A stretch of DNA of 41,948 nt. Source: a virus. The notes under the pieces are model-generated. The model saw only the letters and a program-made list of their open reading frames with translations. It was not told the origin of the DNA and made no database searches. Positions within the stretch are counted from its first letter, which is position 1. Each line of letters begins with the position of its first letter. Position numbers and translations under genes: made by a program. Positions 1-7,000 of this stretch are shown one piece after another. The DNA lies in the IMG/VR virus record IMGVR_UViG_3300005824_000050. One strand, given 5' to 3'.

Positions 1-120
1 CGCTGCTGAAGGACCTCTCGGTGCAGTGCGGCATCACGCTGAAGACGCTGCGGGGTGAGCTTGCCAAGCTGGTGAAGGGCGTGCGTGCCCAGGAGGAGCA
101 GAAGGGGCTCCGCGACGAGC
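1..120. repeat. terminal direct repeat, copy 1 (identical to 41829..41948)
   Basis: nt 1-120 match nt 41829-41948 base for base; the repeat lies inside an open reading frame. Confidence 0.95.
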
Positions 121-1373
121 CAGTGCCAATCTGGGAGCGCTACGCCTACATCAAGGGGGCTGACCGCATCTACGACCTCAGGGCGAGGCAGATGCTCAAG
201 CCTGAGGCATTCAAGAAGGCATACAACATCGGCACCACCGACCTCTACGACGAGGCGTTCATCCAAGGCAAGATGTCGCGTTTCGACAACGTCACCTACT
301 GGCCCGGCGCTGAGAGTGGAGGCCGGGTGTCACTGGAGGGGCGTGAGTGTTTAAACACCTGGACGCCCGGAGAGCTTGTGCCTGTCGAGGGCGACGCCAC
401 ACCCTGGTTGTCCCTGTTCGAGCACGCGAAGTTCCCTGAGGCCGAGGCGCAGCATGTCCTCGACTACCTCGCCTTCATGCTCCAGCACCCAGGCATCAAG
501 ATAAACCACGGTCTCGTGATTGGTGGGGCGCACGGCATAGGTAAGGACTCCATCCTTGAGCCAGTGAAGCGTGCTCTCGGGTACCACAACGTCGGCACGC
601 CCTCTGGGGAGCTATTGCTGTCGGACTTCACCGACTGGGCCGCCGGCAAGAAGCTGGTGGTGTTCCAGGAGGTGGCGGTGGCCAACAGGCGGGAGGCGCG
701 AGACATTGAGCACAAGCTGAAGCCCGTACTCGCGGCCCCACCATCGTCGCTCAGTATCCACCCGAAGGGGCTGCCGGTGTATGAGTCGCCGAACCTCATC
801 CAGTTGGTGGTGGTGACCAACGAGAGGCGCCCGCTGCACGTCTCACAGGGCGACAGGCGCTACTTCATGACCTGGGGTGAGTGGCACCCTGGGGTGGAGG
901 AGAGGAGGCGCTGGACGAGGTTCTGGGAGGACCTGCACCGGTGGCTCGATGGTGGTGGTGCGGCCCAGGTGTATGGCTACCTGCTCGGGCGTGACGTGTC
1001 GGGGTTCAACCCAGGTGCCACACCTCCACTGACAGAGTGGAGGGAGGAGGTGGCCGAGGCGAGCCTCAGTGACATAGCAATGGAACTGCAGGACAGGTTG
1101 CACGAGGGTCATGGGGTGTTCGGGTGGGAGGTGGTAACCGCGGAGGAACTGGTGGGAGCGCTACTCGGGGTGACCGTCAACGGGCGCCCAATCGGGAAGA
1201 GGGCAGTGTCCAACGCACTCGCCGACCTCGGGTACCAGTCACAGACAAAGAGGTTCGGAGACACCTCCAGGGTGAGGTATTACGTGCTCAGGGAGGAGGA
1301 AAAGTGGCTCGGGGAGGACGTGACCGCGGCGCAAATTTTGGGGTACATGAAAGCGGGGAGAATTTTGTGCTAG
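1..1373 (+). CDS. DNA primase/helicase, C-terminal P-loop (SF3/D5-like) helicase part; 3' portion of the gene starting at 40826
   Basis: Frame open from nt 3; Walker A GGAHGIGKDS and Walker B-like KKLVVFQEV; in frame with 40826..41948 once the 120-nt repeat is collapsed. Confidence 0.85.
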   Translation, partial: LLKDLSVQCGITLKTLRGELAKLVKGVRAQEEQKGLRDEPVPIWERYAYIKGADRIYDLRARQMLKPEAFKKAYNIGTTDLYDEAFIQGKMSRFDNVTYWPGAESGGRVSLEGRECLNTWTPGELVPVEGDATPWLSLFEHAKFPEAEAQHVLDYLAFMLQHPGIKINHGLVIGGAHGIGKDSILEPVKRALGYHNVGTPSGELLLSDFTDWAAGKKLVVFQEVAVANRREARDIEHKLKPVLAAPPSSLSIHPKGLPVYESPNLIQLVVVTNERRPLHVSQGDRRYFMTWGEWHPGVEERRRWTRFWEDLHRWLDGGGAAQVYGYLLGRDVSGFNPGATPPLTEWREEVAEASLSDIAMELQDRLHEGHGVFGWEVVTAEELVGALLGVTVNGRPIGKRAVSNALADLGYQSQTKRFGDTSRVRYYVLREEEKWLGEDVTAAQILGYMKAGRILC

Positions 1374-1391
1374 CAATTCTCGGAGAATTGC
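1373..1391. promoter_or_regulatory. 19-bp perfect palindrome GCAATTCTC-G-GAGAATTGC (operator-like site)
   Basis: Read directly; an 18-nt core AATTCTCGGAGAATTGCG is repeated at 1597..1614. Confidence 0.5.
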
Positions 1392-1400
1392 GAGTCGTCC

Positions 1401-1592
1401 GGGCCACAGGCCGTTACCTTTTTTCCGCTATGGCCCGCCCTCTGGTAAACGACGTCCGCCAAAAACAAGGACTTACGCTCTGCGGGCCACAGGGCCACAG
1501 GAAAACGTCAAGTCTCAATAGCTCCAGCGACACACAACATGTTGTGTCGTCAGGGACCATCTACAATAGGCCGGGCCATGGCCCTGTGGCCC
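1401..1592. repeat. GGGCCACAGG iteron-like repeats (1401, 1484, 1492 direct; 1583 inverted)
   Basis: Four copies of a 10-mer in a 285-bp non-coding region; adjacent 12-bp palindrome GGGCCATGGCCC at 1573..1584. Confidence 0.6.
1532..1547. repeat. 16-bp perfect palindrome ACACAACATGTTGTGT
   Basis: Read directly; extends to about 22 bp with a 2-nt bulge. Confidence 0.7.
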
Positions 1593-1596
1593 GGGT

Positions 1597-1614
1597 AATT
1601 CTCGGAGAATTGCG
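1597..1614. promoter_or_regulatory. second copy of AATTCTCGGAGAATTGCG palindromic site
   Basis: 18/18 identical to 1375..1392; followed by a 7-bp stem hairpin at 1619..1639 just before the RBS of the 1658 gene. Confidence 0.5.
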
Positions 1615-1657
1615 TGATGCTCGCACTAAAACTGCGAGCAGCTAAAGGAGACGGTGT

Positions 1658-2098
1658 ATGAGCAGGGAACGGTTACGACGACTGGTGGAGACCGCGGACA
1701 CCCCGGCGGCGGCACGCAGGGAGGTGCGCAAGCTGATGCGTGAGGCCATCAACGGTGAGCATGTGCTGCTGGCCATCGTGGACATCCTCGACTCCCTGGT
1801 GGACGGGCAGGAGGCCCGAGGAGGCGAAGCTGTGCCACTGGACGGTGAGCGCATCAGCGCCTTGGGCAAGGCGCTCGACGGGCACTTCAAGCTGCTGAAC
1901 AAGGTGCTGCCAGACCTGAAATCCGTGGAGTTGACCGGGTCGGACGGTGGGCCGCTACAGGTCATGGGCCGGCAGGTCTCGGACATTGAGCTTGCCGCTC
2001 GGTTGCTGTGGCATCTACGCAAGCAGGGCACCACGGTGGAGGGTGAGGTCGAGGCTGAAGAGCCACCCGGTGAACGGTCACTCGATTTCCTCGATTAG
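1658..2098 (+). CDS. hypothetical protein, possibly terminase small-subunit-like
   Basis: AAAGGAG RBS 7 nt upstream of ATG; the segment ISALGKALDGHFKLLNKVLPDLKSVELTGSDGGPLQV resembles the C-terminal region of Terminase_2-type small terminases (from memory only). Confidence 0.6.
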   Translation: MSRERLRRLVETADTPAAARREVRKLMREAINGEHVLLAIVDILDSLVDGQEARGGEAVPLDGERISALGKALDGHFKLLNKVLPDLKSVELTGSDGGPLQVMGRQVSDIELAARLLWHLRKQGTTVEGEVEAEEPPGERSLDFLD

Positions 2099-2101
2099 GT
2101 G

Positions 2102-2130
2102 TTGACACGTCGGTATCACTCAAGCATAAT
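2102..2130 (+). promoter_or_regulatory. sigma70-type early promoter (TTGACA-17 nt-CATAAT)
   Basis: -35 at 2102..2107 within GTGTTGACACG; exact 17-nt spacer; -10 at 2125..2130; GTTTAACC lies 11 nt downstream. Confidence 0.75.
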
Positions 2131-2175
2131 GCTTCCACACTGTTTAACCGCAACACGAGAACTGAGGAGATGACC

Positions 2176-2331
2176 ATGGACTTCGATGACCTGGACGAGA
2201 CCCTCGACTGCCCCGCTTGTAACTCGGAGGTTGCGTGGGAGGAGGCGCTGCTCGGGCAGTTGGGCCGCCGCATTCACTTCCGCTGCCCATGCTGCGGGGC
2301 ACAGTGGAGTGAGGAGGAGAACGGCGGATGA
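2176..2331 (+). CDS. small zinc-ribbon protein (51 aa; CPAC...CPCC)
   Basis: GAGGAG RBS 6 nt upstream of ATG 2176 (an in-frame ATG also at 2170); ATGA overlap with the next gene; below the 60-aa cutoff of the ORF track. Confidence 0.6.
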   Translation: MDFDDLDETLDCPACNSEVAWEEALLGQLGRRIHFRCPCCGAQWSEEENGG

Positions 2332-2552
2332 GCCGTTTAAACATCACACTGGAGTACCGGGATGGGCGGCCCTCGAAGCAGTCGAGGGACCTCCTTCCGG
2401 AGGATGTTGCCATCCACATTCGAGAGCTTGCGTACAGGGTGGCGGCCGGCGAGCTTGCAGGTGTCTACGTCACCAGGGCGAGGCCGCTTGACATACCGAC
2501 ACGGACGGGTCAGGATGCCGGCCCAACAACCAAGGAGAGACGACATGGGTGA
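2328..2552 (+). CDS. hypothetical protein
   Basis: GAGGAGGAG RBS; ATGA start/stop overlap with the upstream ORF. Confidence 0.6.
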   Translation: MSRLNITLEYRDGRPSKQSRDLLPEDVAIHIRELAYRVAAGELAGVYVTRARPLDIPTRTGQDAGPTTKERRHG

Positions 2553-2856
2553 GAGCATTGAAATCAGGGAGGCACGCATAGTCCTGCCGCGGGTCAATCT
2601 GAACCGCAAGGAGTTCGAGGGGTTCCTCGTCCGGTCTTTCGGCGGGTTCACCCGAACCCGTGGTGATGGAGCCTGGATGAACCCTAAGGGGGGCATCGTG
2701 CTCGACAAGGTCTGGGTTTACGACGTGGCTGCTACGGACACCCCGGACACCACGGCGTCCCTGAGGGCGATATGCCGTAGGATGGCGAAAGCGTACTCCC
2801 AGGATTGCGTCTACCTGCGGCTGCCCGGGGGCACTGTGGAGTTCATCGACCCATGA
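2545..2856 (+). CDS. hypothetical protein
   Basis: AAGGAGA RBS 6 nt before ATG 2545; internal start of track ORF 2362..2856. Confidence 0.65.
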   Translation: MGESIEIREARIVLPRVNLNRKEFEGFLVRSFGGFTRTRGDGAWMNPKGGIVLDKVWVYDVAATDTPDTTASLRAICRRMAKAYSQDCVYLRLPGGTVEFIDP

Positions 2857-3053
2857 GCATTGAAACGGTGGTGAACGGCCAGCGCCTTGTCGGGACGGTG
2901 ACTGATAACGTGACTGGCCAGCGTTACATCATGAAGCACACGCCCGCAGGGGAGCCTATGCTGGTGAACAGGAACACCGGGAAGAGCTTCACCCTGACCT
3001 GGGAGGGTATGCTGAAGTTGGCGAGGAGGGCAGGCATAGATGCGACGTCGTGA
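2853..3053 (+). CDS. hypothetical protein
   Basis: ATGA overlap with the preceding stop; internal start of track ORF 2805..3053. Confidence 0.55.
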   Translation: MSIETVVNGQRLVGTVTDNVTGQRYIMKHTPAGEPMLVNRNTGKSFTLTWEGMLKLARRAGIDATS

Positions 3054-3258
3054 CAGAAAACACACGCCCACACCCGCGGCGACCGCGGTGGTGATGGTGC
3101 CGATACGGGTGCTCTGCGATGAGCCTACAGGGGGAACCCTGGAGAGCATGAGAGATGCCGCAGTGGAACTCGTGATGGCCGCAGGTCTCCGGGTCGTCGC
3201 GGGGTACGCCCCCGTGGTCCTGGAGACCAGAGTTCACACCGGTGAACCACAACTCTGA
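3040..3258 (+). CDS. hypothetical protein
   Basis: GAGGAGGG RBS 9 nt upstream of ATG. Confidence 0.5.
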   Translation: MRRRDRKHTPTPAATAVVMVPIRVLCDEPTGGTLESMRDAAVELVMAAGLRVVAGYAPVVLETRVHTGEPQL

Positions 3259-3270
3259 AGGAGTTTAAAC

Positions 3271-3570
3271 ATGAAACTGTACCTGAACCTGCCCCAGTAC
3301 GTGAGCCAGGAAAAGGTTAGGGCCGCGAAGATTCTTCGCGTCACGCACACCATCGATGGTGCCTTCCTGGTCCTGGAGACCGACATCGGCCCCGCCACGG
3401 TGGAGGTGGGCCTGGACTACGTGGGCCAGCACGGCCCGCAGCCCGACGGGTACTTCGTAGTTTACGAGGACGGGTACCTGTCCTGGGCTCCGGCTCGGGC
3501 GTTCGACAGCGAGTATCGCCGGGTGCCGGATTACGCGTACCCTGTTGACACCGAGGTATCGCCGGAGTAG
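3271..3570 (+). CDS. hypothetical protein (conserved phage small-protein type, GYFVVYEDGYLSW motif)
   Basis: GGAG RBS fused to GTTTAAAC immediately before ATG. Confidence 0.7.
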   Translation: MKLYLNLPQYVSQEKVRAAKILRVTHTIDGAFLVLETDIGPATVEVGLDYVGQHGPQPDGYFVVYEDGYLSWAPARAFDSEYRRVPDYAYPVDTEVSPE

Positions 3571-3603
3571 AATAGGGGCTCCGTCGGAAAAAGGAGAACC
3601 GAG

Positions 3604-3783
3604 ATGGCGAGAACCGACAACCTCTACAAGGAAACCCGGCCCCGGGATTTCCTGGCCGCATGCCGCAAGGCGGGCCGGGACCCAGGGACCATCCGGGACC
3701 CCGAGGCGTACATGCGTGCGTACACCAGGGTGGGCGTCCAGATTCGTTCGCGCAAGAATTCGCGCCTGGAGGACAAGTCGTGA
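3604..3783 (+). CDS. hypothetical protein (59 aa, ends LEDKS)
   Basis: AAAAGGAGAA RBS; ends in the CTGGAGGACAAG junction repeat with a GTGA overlap; below the ORF-track cutoff. Confidence 0.55.
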   Translation: MARTDNLYKETRPRDFLAACRKAGRDPGTIRDPEAYMRAYTRVGVQIRSRKNSRLEDKS

Positions 3784-4343
3784 CCGACCGAGTAATACGA
3801 CGAATCCAGCGTTCAGTGGAAGCGGCCAGGGCGACGCATAGCGCCGCGCATAGCGCCGGAATGTCAGTCGGTTTTCCAAGGGTCACGCTCTACTGTGACG
3901 ACGTAGAGCGGCTGATACTGATGGCCGACAGCAAGACCCAGGACCTCAACGAGAAAGATGAACGCATCCGCGAGCTGGAGGACGAAATAGAAGACGTGCG
4001 CCGGGACGCTGAAAATAGTGAGGAACAACTGGGCTACATGATGGACCTTCAAACACAGGTAAACGCACTTTTCGATGCGGTCGGCATACCTGGGCATGAG
4101 TCGCTAACGGCATCGGACACAATTGAATATGCGGTTGAGCACCTGTCACATGAGAAGGCGCAACGGGAGCGCATCCGCGAACTGGAGGCAGAGAACAAAT
4201 GGCTGCGGGCGGCTTTGGACGAGATTCGCTATTACACGTCATCACAACCGGCAGCGTTGAACGTGCCGGATGAGTCCTGGGAAAAGATGCGGGCTAGAGG
4301 CATGGAAGCGATAGCGTGGAAAGCACTGGAGGACAAGTCATGA
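3780..4343 (+). CDS. hypothetical coiled-coil protein (ends LEDKS)
   Basis: GTG start coupled to the upstream stop and preceded by GGAGGA; internal start of track ORF 3660..4343; start uncertain. Confidence 0.6.
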   Translation: MTDRVIRRIQRSVEAARATHSAAHSAGMSVGFPRVTLYCDDVERLILMADSKTQDLNEKDERIRELEDEIEDVRRDAENSEEQLGYMMDLQTQVNALFDAVGIPGHESLTASDTIEYAVEHLSHEKAQRERIRELEAENKWLRAALDEIRYYTSSQPAALNVPDESWEKMRARGMEAIAWKALEDKS

Positions 4344-4555
4344 AAGCCTTACCGCACATTCGCAATACCAGCTACGAGACCCCGGTTGCCATCGGCGACA
4401 TCGTGGAAGACGTGTCCTGCGCCGGCTGCGCGCCGCGACCGGTCAAAGTCGTCGCCCTGTTCGGGTGGGGATTACGCATCGCTCCACTGCACAGGCTGGA
4501 GGGAGAGGGAGACTACGACTGCACACGGTGGCGCAGACTGGAGGACAAGACATGA
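4340..4555 (+). CDS. hypothetical protein (ends LEDKT)
   Basis: GGAGGACAAGTC-ATGA junction; internal start of track ORF 4316..4555. Confidence 0.6.
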   Translation: MKALPHIRNTSYETPVAIGDIVEDVSCAGCAPRPVKVVALFGWGLRIAPLHRLEGEGDYDCTRWRRLEDKT

Positions 4556-4698
4556 CCACGAGACACCAAGCATTCACGCAGCGTCTGCTCAAACGGCTGC
4601 GCATCGCCGAGGCCAAAGCCTCGGGGCGAGTCGTGAGGCCAACACCACCCGGGCCGCATTGCCCGTGCGCCACCTGTCGACGGGAGTGGAGGCGGTGA
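4552..4698 (+). CDS. hypothetical small basic protein (48 aa)
   Basis: GGAGGACAAGAC-ATGA junction; in frame with track ORF 4465..4698. Confidence 0.5.
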   Translation: MTTRHQAFTQRLLKRLRIAEAKASGRVVRPTPPGPHCPCATCRREWRR

Positions 4699-5015
4699 AC
4701 TGCAAACAGCTACGCCGGGCGTGTGAAATGGCGGAGATGGATGTTACCAGCGGGCCCTCGATGGACGGGCCAGATGCGTGGTGCGTTCGTTACGGCGATT
4801 CGTGGTTATGGGCTATCTACAAGGACCACCGCGAATGGATTGAAAGTCGCTGCGCCTCGCTTCTGGTGGCGAAGGTGCGGGAGCGTAATTTAGGGCAGAA
4901 GCTGTGGTTGCAGCTAATTGATGTAGCGGAATTCGAGTTTCAAAAACCAACTGTAGTCGCCACCGACCAGCAGCGCATCACCGCCGCGATGGCCGTGCTG
5001 GAGGACAAGCCATGA
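4695..5015 (+). CDS. hypothetical protein (ends LEDKP)
   Basis: GTGA overlap preceded by GGAGTGGAGG; alternative ATG at 4729. Confidence 0.55.
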   Translation: MNCKQLRRACEMAEMDVTSGPSMDGPDAWCVRYGDSWLWAIYKDHREWIESRCASLLVAKVRERNLGQKLWLQLIDVAEFEFQKPTVVATDQQRITAAMAVLEDKP

Positions 5016-5332
5016 TGGATGAACCCACGGTGCTGGCTCTCTTCAAGCGATACCGCGCCGGGGAGAAGGGCTATGTGCTCGCAATGGAGGCGGGTGTTCA
5101 CTGGCACACACTGTATCGGCGGTTTAAACGCTACCGCCCCGCAGATGGTCGGCACCGGCGCAGGACACTGTCCGCGGAGCAGGTACTACAGGCCCGGAGG
5201 GATTACGACAACGGCAGGGGCGGCGTCACGGTGATGCAGTTGGCCAAAGCACATGGGGTGGGCTACACGACAATGTGGAGTTGCTTGAGCTATCAGACCT
5301 ACAGGTACATCAGAGGAGAACGACATGGATGA
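5012..5332 (+). CDS. helix-turn-helix DNA-binding protein
   Basis: GGAGGACAAGCC-ATGA junction; two HTH-like segments (YVLAMEAGVHWHTLYRRF; VMQLAKAHGVGYTTMWSCL). Confidence 0.65.
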   Translation: MMDEPTVLALFKRYRAGEKGYVLAMEAGVHWHTLYRRFKRYRPADGRHRRRTLSAEQVLQARRDYDNGRGGVTVMQLAKAHGVGYTTMWSCLSYQTYRYIRGERHG

Positions 5333-5570
5333 CACGACAGAATTCGGGACCATCAGCATGGTGGACCACATAACCCTTGAGCGGTTCGGCCTTGCCAAGG
5401 TGGAACTGTCCAAGAGGGAGACGGGGCAGGGCTACCGGCTGTACATCCACGGCACGCTTCGGAAGTACCCCATTTCCGAGGTGGTCATATCGAACGGCAC
5501 GGTGCAGAGTTCACTGCGCATCCCTGTGAGCCCAATCAGGACGGTCTACTCTGAAGAGCCATCAGACTAG
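5325..5570 (+). CDS. hypothetical protein
   Basis: AGAGGAGAA RBS; 8-nt overlap with the upstream gene. Confidence 0.6.
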   Translation: MDDTTEFGTISMVDHITLERFGLAKVELSKRETGQGYRLYIHGTLRKYPISEVVISNGTVQSSLRIPVSPIRTVYSEEPSD

Positions 5571-5847
5571 GCTTCGGGGGTGGGCGCGAAACTTGGACAG
5601 GCGATACTCCTACGTGCGGCGCTAGCAGTACGTCCACCACCATGTGAGTCCCGCAACGATGGTGATGGGTGCCAGCATCGCGCAAGATGCGGGGACAGGC
5701 TGAACCCGATGGCGTGTCCGGGGTTCGCGGCGTACGTTGTGGACATTCGTCTCAGGAAGTCCCGGACGCCAGAGGAGGAGAAAGCGAGGTGGTCACCGTC
5801 GGTGGCGACCCTCAACCACATTTACAGAAGCGAGAGGAGAGAAGAAG

Positions 5848-6174
5848 ATGGATGCCGAGGCCTATCTGTCGAAAATGGAATTCGTCATGTGCGCTGTCTG
5901 GGCGAGTAGACCCACGTCTGTGGATACCATGGTGTTGCAGCTACCACCGGGGGCGGAGATACTGGAGGTGGACTCTGAAGGCCACGTACTCTACCTTGTC
6001 GAAGAGTCTGCGAGGCTCAGCACGGAACGTGTTGAACGGCGCATCTGTTTCGCGCACGCGGCCAGAGGAGGGGGCCCGCCGAGCCCCGTGCGCCGAGGGG
6101 TCGGGTACCTCGGTTGGCGTGCAAGGGTTGCCGGGCATCCCACGATGTGGGCGTTCGAGGTTCCCGTGAGATGA
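5848..6174 (+). CDS. hypothetical protein
   Basis: GAGAGGAGAGAAG RBS before ATG 5848; internal start of track ORF 5737..6174. Confidence 0.65.
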   Translation: MDAEAYLSKMEFVMCAVWASRPTSVDTMVLQLPPGAEILEVDSEGHVLYLVEESARLSTERVERRICFAHAARGGGPPSPVRRGVGYLGWRARVAGHPTMWAFEVPVR

Positions 6175-6446
6175 ACCGGAGGCAGAGACCTTCGCGGGCG
6201 CCTCGCAGGTGTGAGCCTGTGGGGTACTCAGAAGCTTTCTGGAATGCGTTTAAACGCGGAGACCTGGAGGTACTGGCCACCGAGGAACTCCGGACGGCGC
6301 AGTCCCTGGAGAGGGCTCGGGAGAGACGGGACCCGTTCTACTTTTCACCCCACCTCGATGCTTTGGGGCTAATTCTGGCGCAAAGGCGCACACTACCGAC
6401 CACACTGGACCACAATCTAGCCGCAGTAGAGGAGAGAGGACGATGA
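6171..6446 (+). CDS. hypothetical protein
   Basis: ATGA overlap; internal start of track ORF 6114..6446. Confidence 0.6.
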   Translation: MNRRQRPSRAPRRCEPVGYSEAFWNAFKRGDLEVLATEELRTAQSLERARERRDPFYFSPHLDALGLILAQRRTLPTTLDHNLAAVEERGR

Positions 6447-7000
6447 GACAGAAACTTTTCGCGGAGAACTTCGAGGATGATGGCCGGCCGGCGGGCGGGT
6501 ACGTCAGGGGTACCGGCCTCGGGGTAGACTGGCAAAACGGCCCCCTGGCGCTCCCCAACGGTGAGCGCAGAGAGCCCAACGGTGCGTTCGTGGAGGGAGT
6601 GATAGAGGCGGCCAAGCAGCGCCTGGAATACTACCAGGGCACCGAGTTCCACTGTTCCGAGAACGCAGTTGCGTTGAGCCATCTCGGGCATGCCCTCGAC
6701 GCCCTGGACGGGCGGACGGCCCGCCGAACGGCGCAAGGTATCGAGGGGACGCAAGCGAAGGACCCGCCCACCGACACCAGGGGGACGCAAGCGAAGGACC
6801 CGCCCACCGACACCAGGGGCATGCAGACTGAGGGCGAGACACTCGACGCCTGGGACCTGGAAATCCAGACCCTGGCGGCGGCGCTGAGGGCGGAGCGCGA
6901 AGCTGTGCGGGACCTGCGAGAGTCGCGGGACCGGGTCTCACTCCGATACCTGGATGCGGCGGACCGTCTTGACCAGATAAGGGACATCGTCTCAGGGTGA
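6443..7000 (+). CDS. hypothetical protein with 12-aa tandem repeat; position immediately upstream of terL
   Basis: GGAGAGAGGA RBS, ATGA overlap; contains a perfect 2 x 36-bp repeat; coiled-coil C-terminus. Confidence 0.7.
   Translation: MRQKLFAENFEDDGRPAGGYVRGTGLGVDWQNGPLALPNGERREPNGAFVEGVIEAAKQRLEYYQGTEFHCSENAVALSHLGHALDALDGRTARRTAQGIEGTQAKDPPTDTRGTQAKDPPTDTRGMQTEGETLDAWDLEIQTLAAALRAEREAVRDLRESRDRVSLRYLDAADRLDQIRDIVSG
6745..6816 (+). repeat. perfect 2 x 36-bp tandem repeat (GTQAKDPPTDTR x2)
   Basis: 6745..6780 is identical to 6781..6816. Confidence 0.95.

Noticed and set aside
1-120. The 120-bp repeat as true direct terminal repeats of a linear T7-like genome
   Set aside because: The repeat interrupts the primase-helicase reading frame, and the two halves join perfectly in frame. 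A circular or permuted assembly overlap is more parsimonious. This needs read-level confirmation.
5567-5821. Minus-strand 84-aa ORF within the early + strand operon
   Set aside because: It has no RBS, its codon bias decays along the ORF, and its sequence is low-complexity. It is likely spurious.
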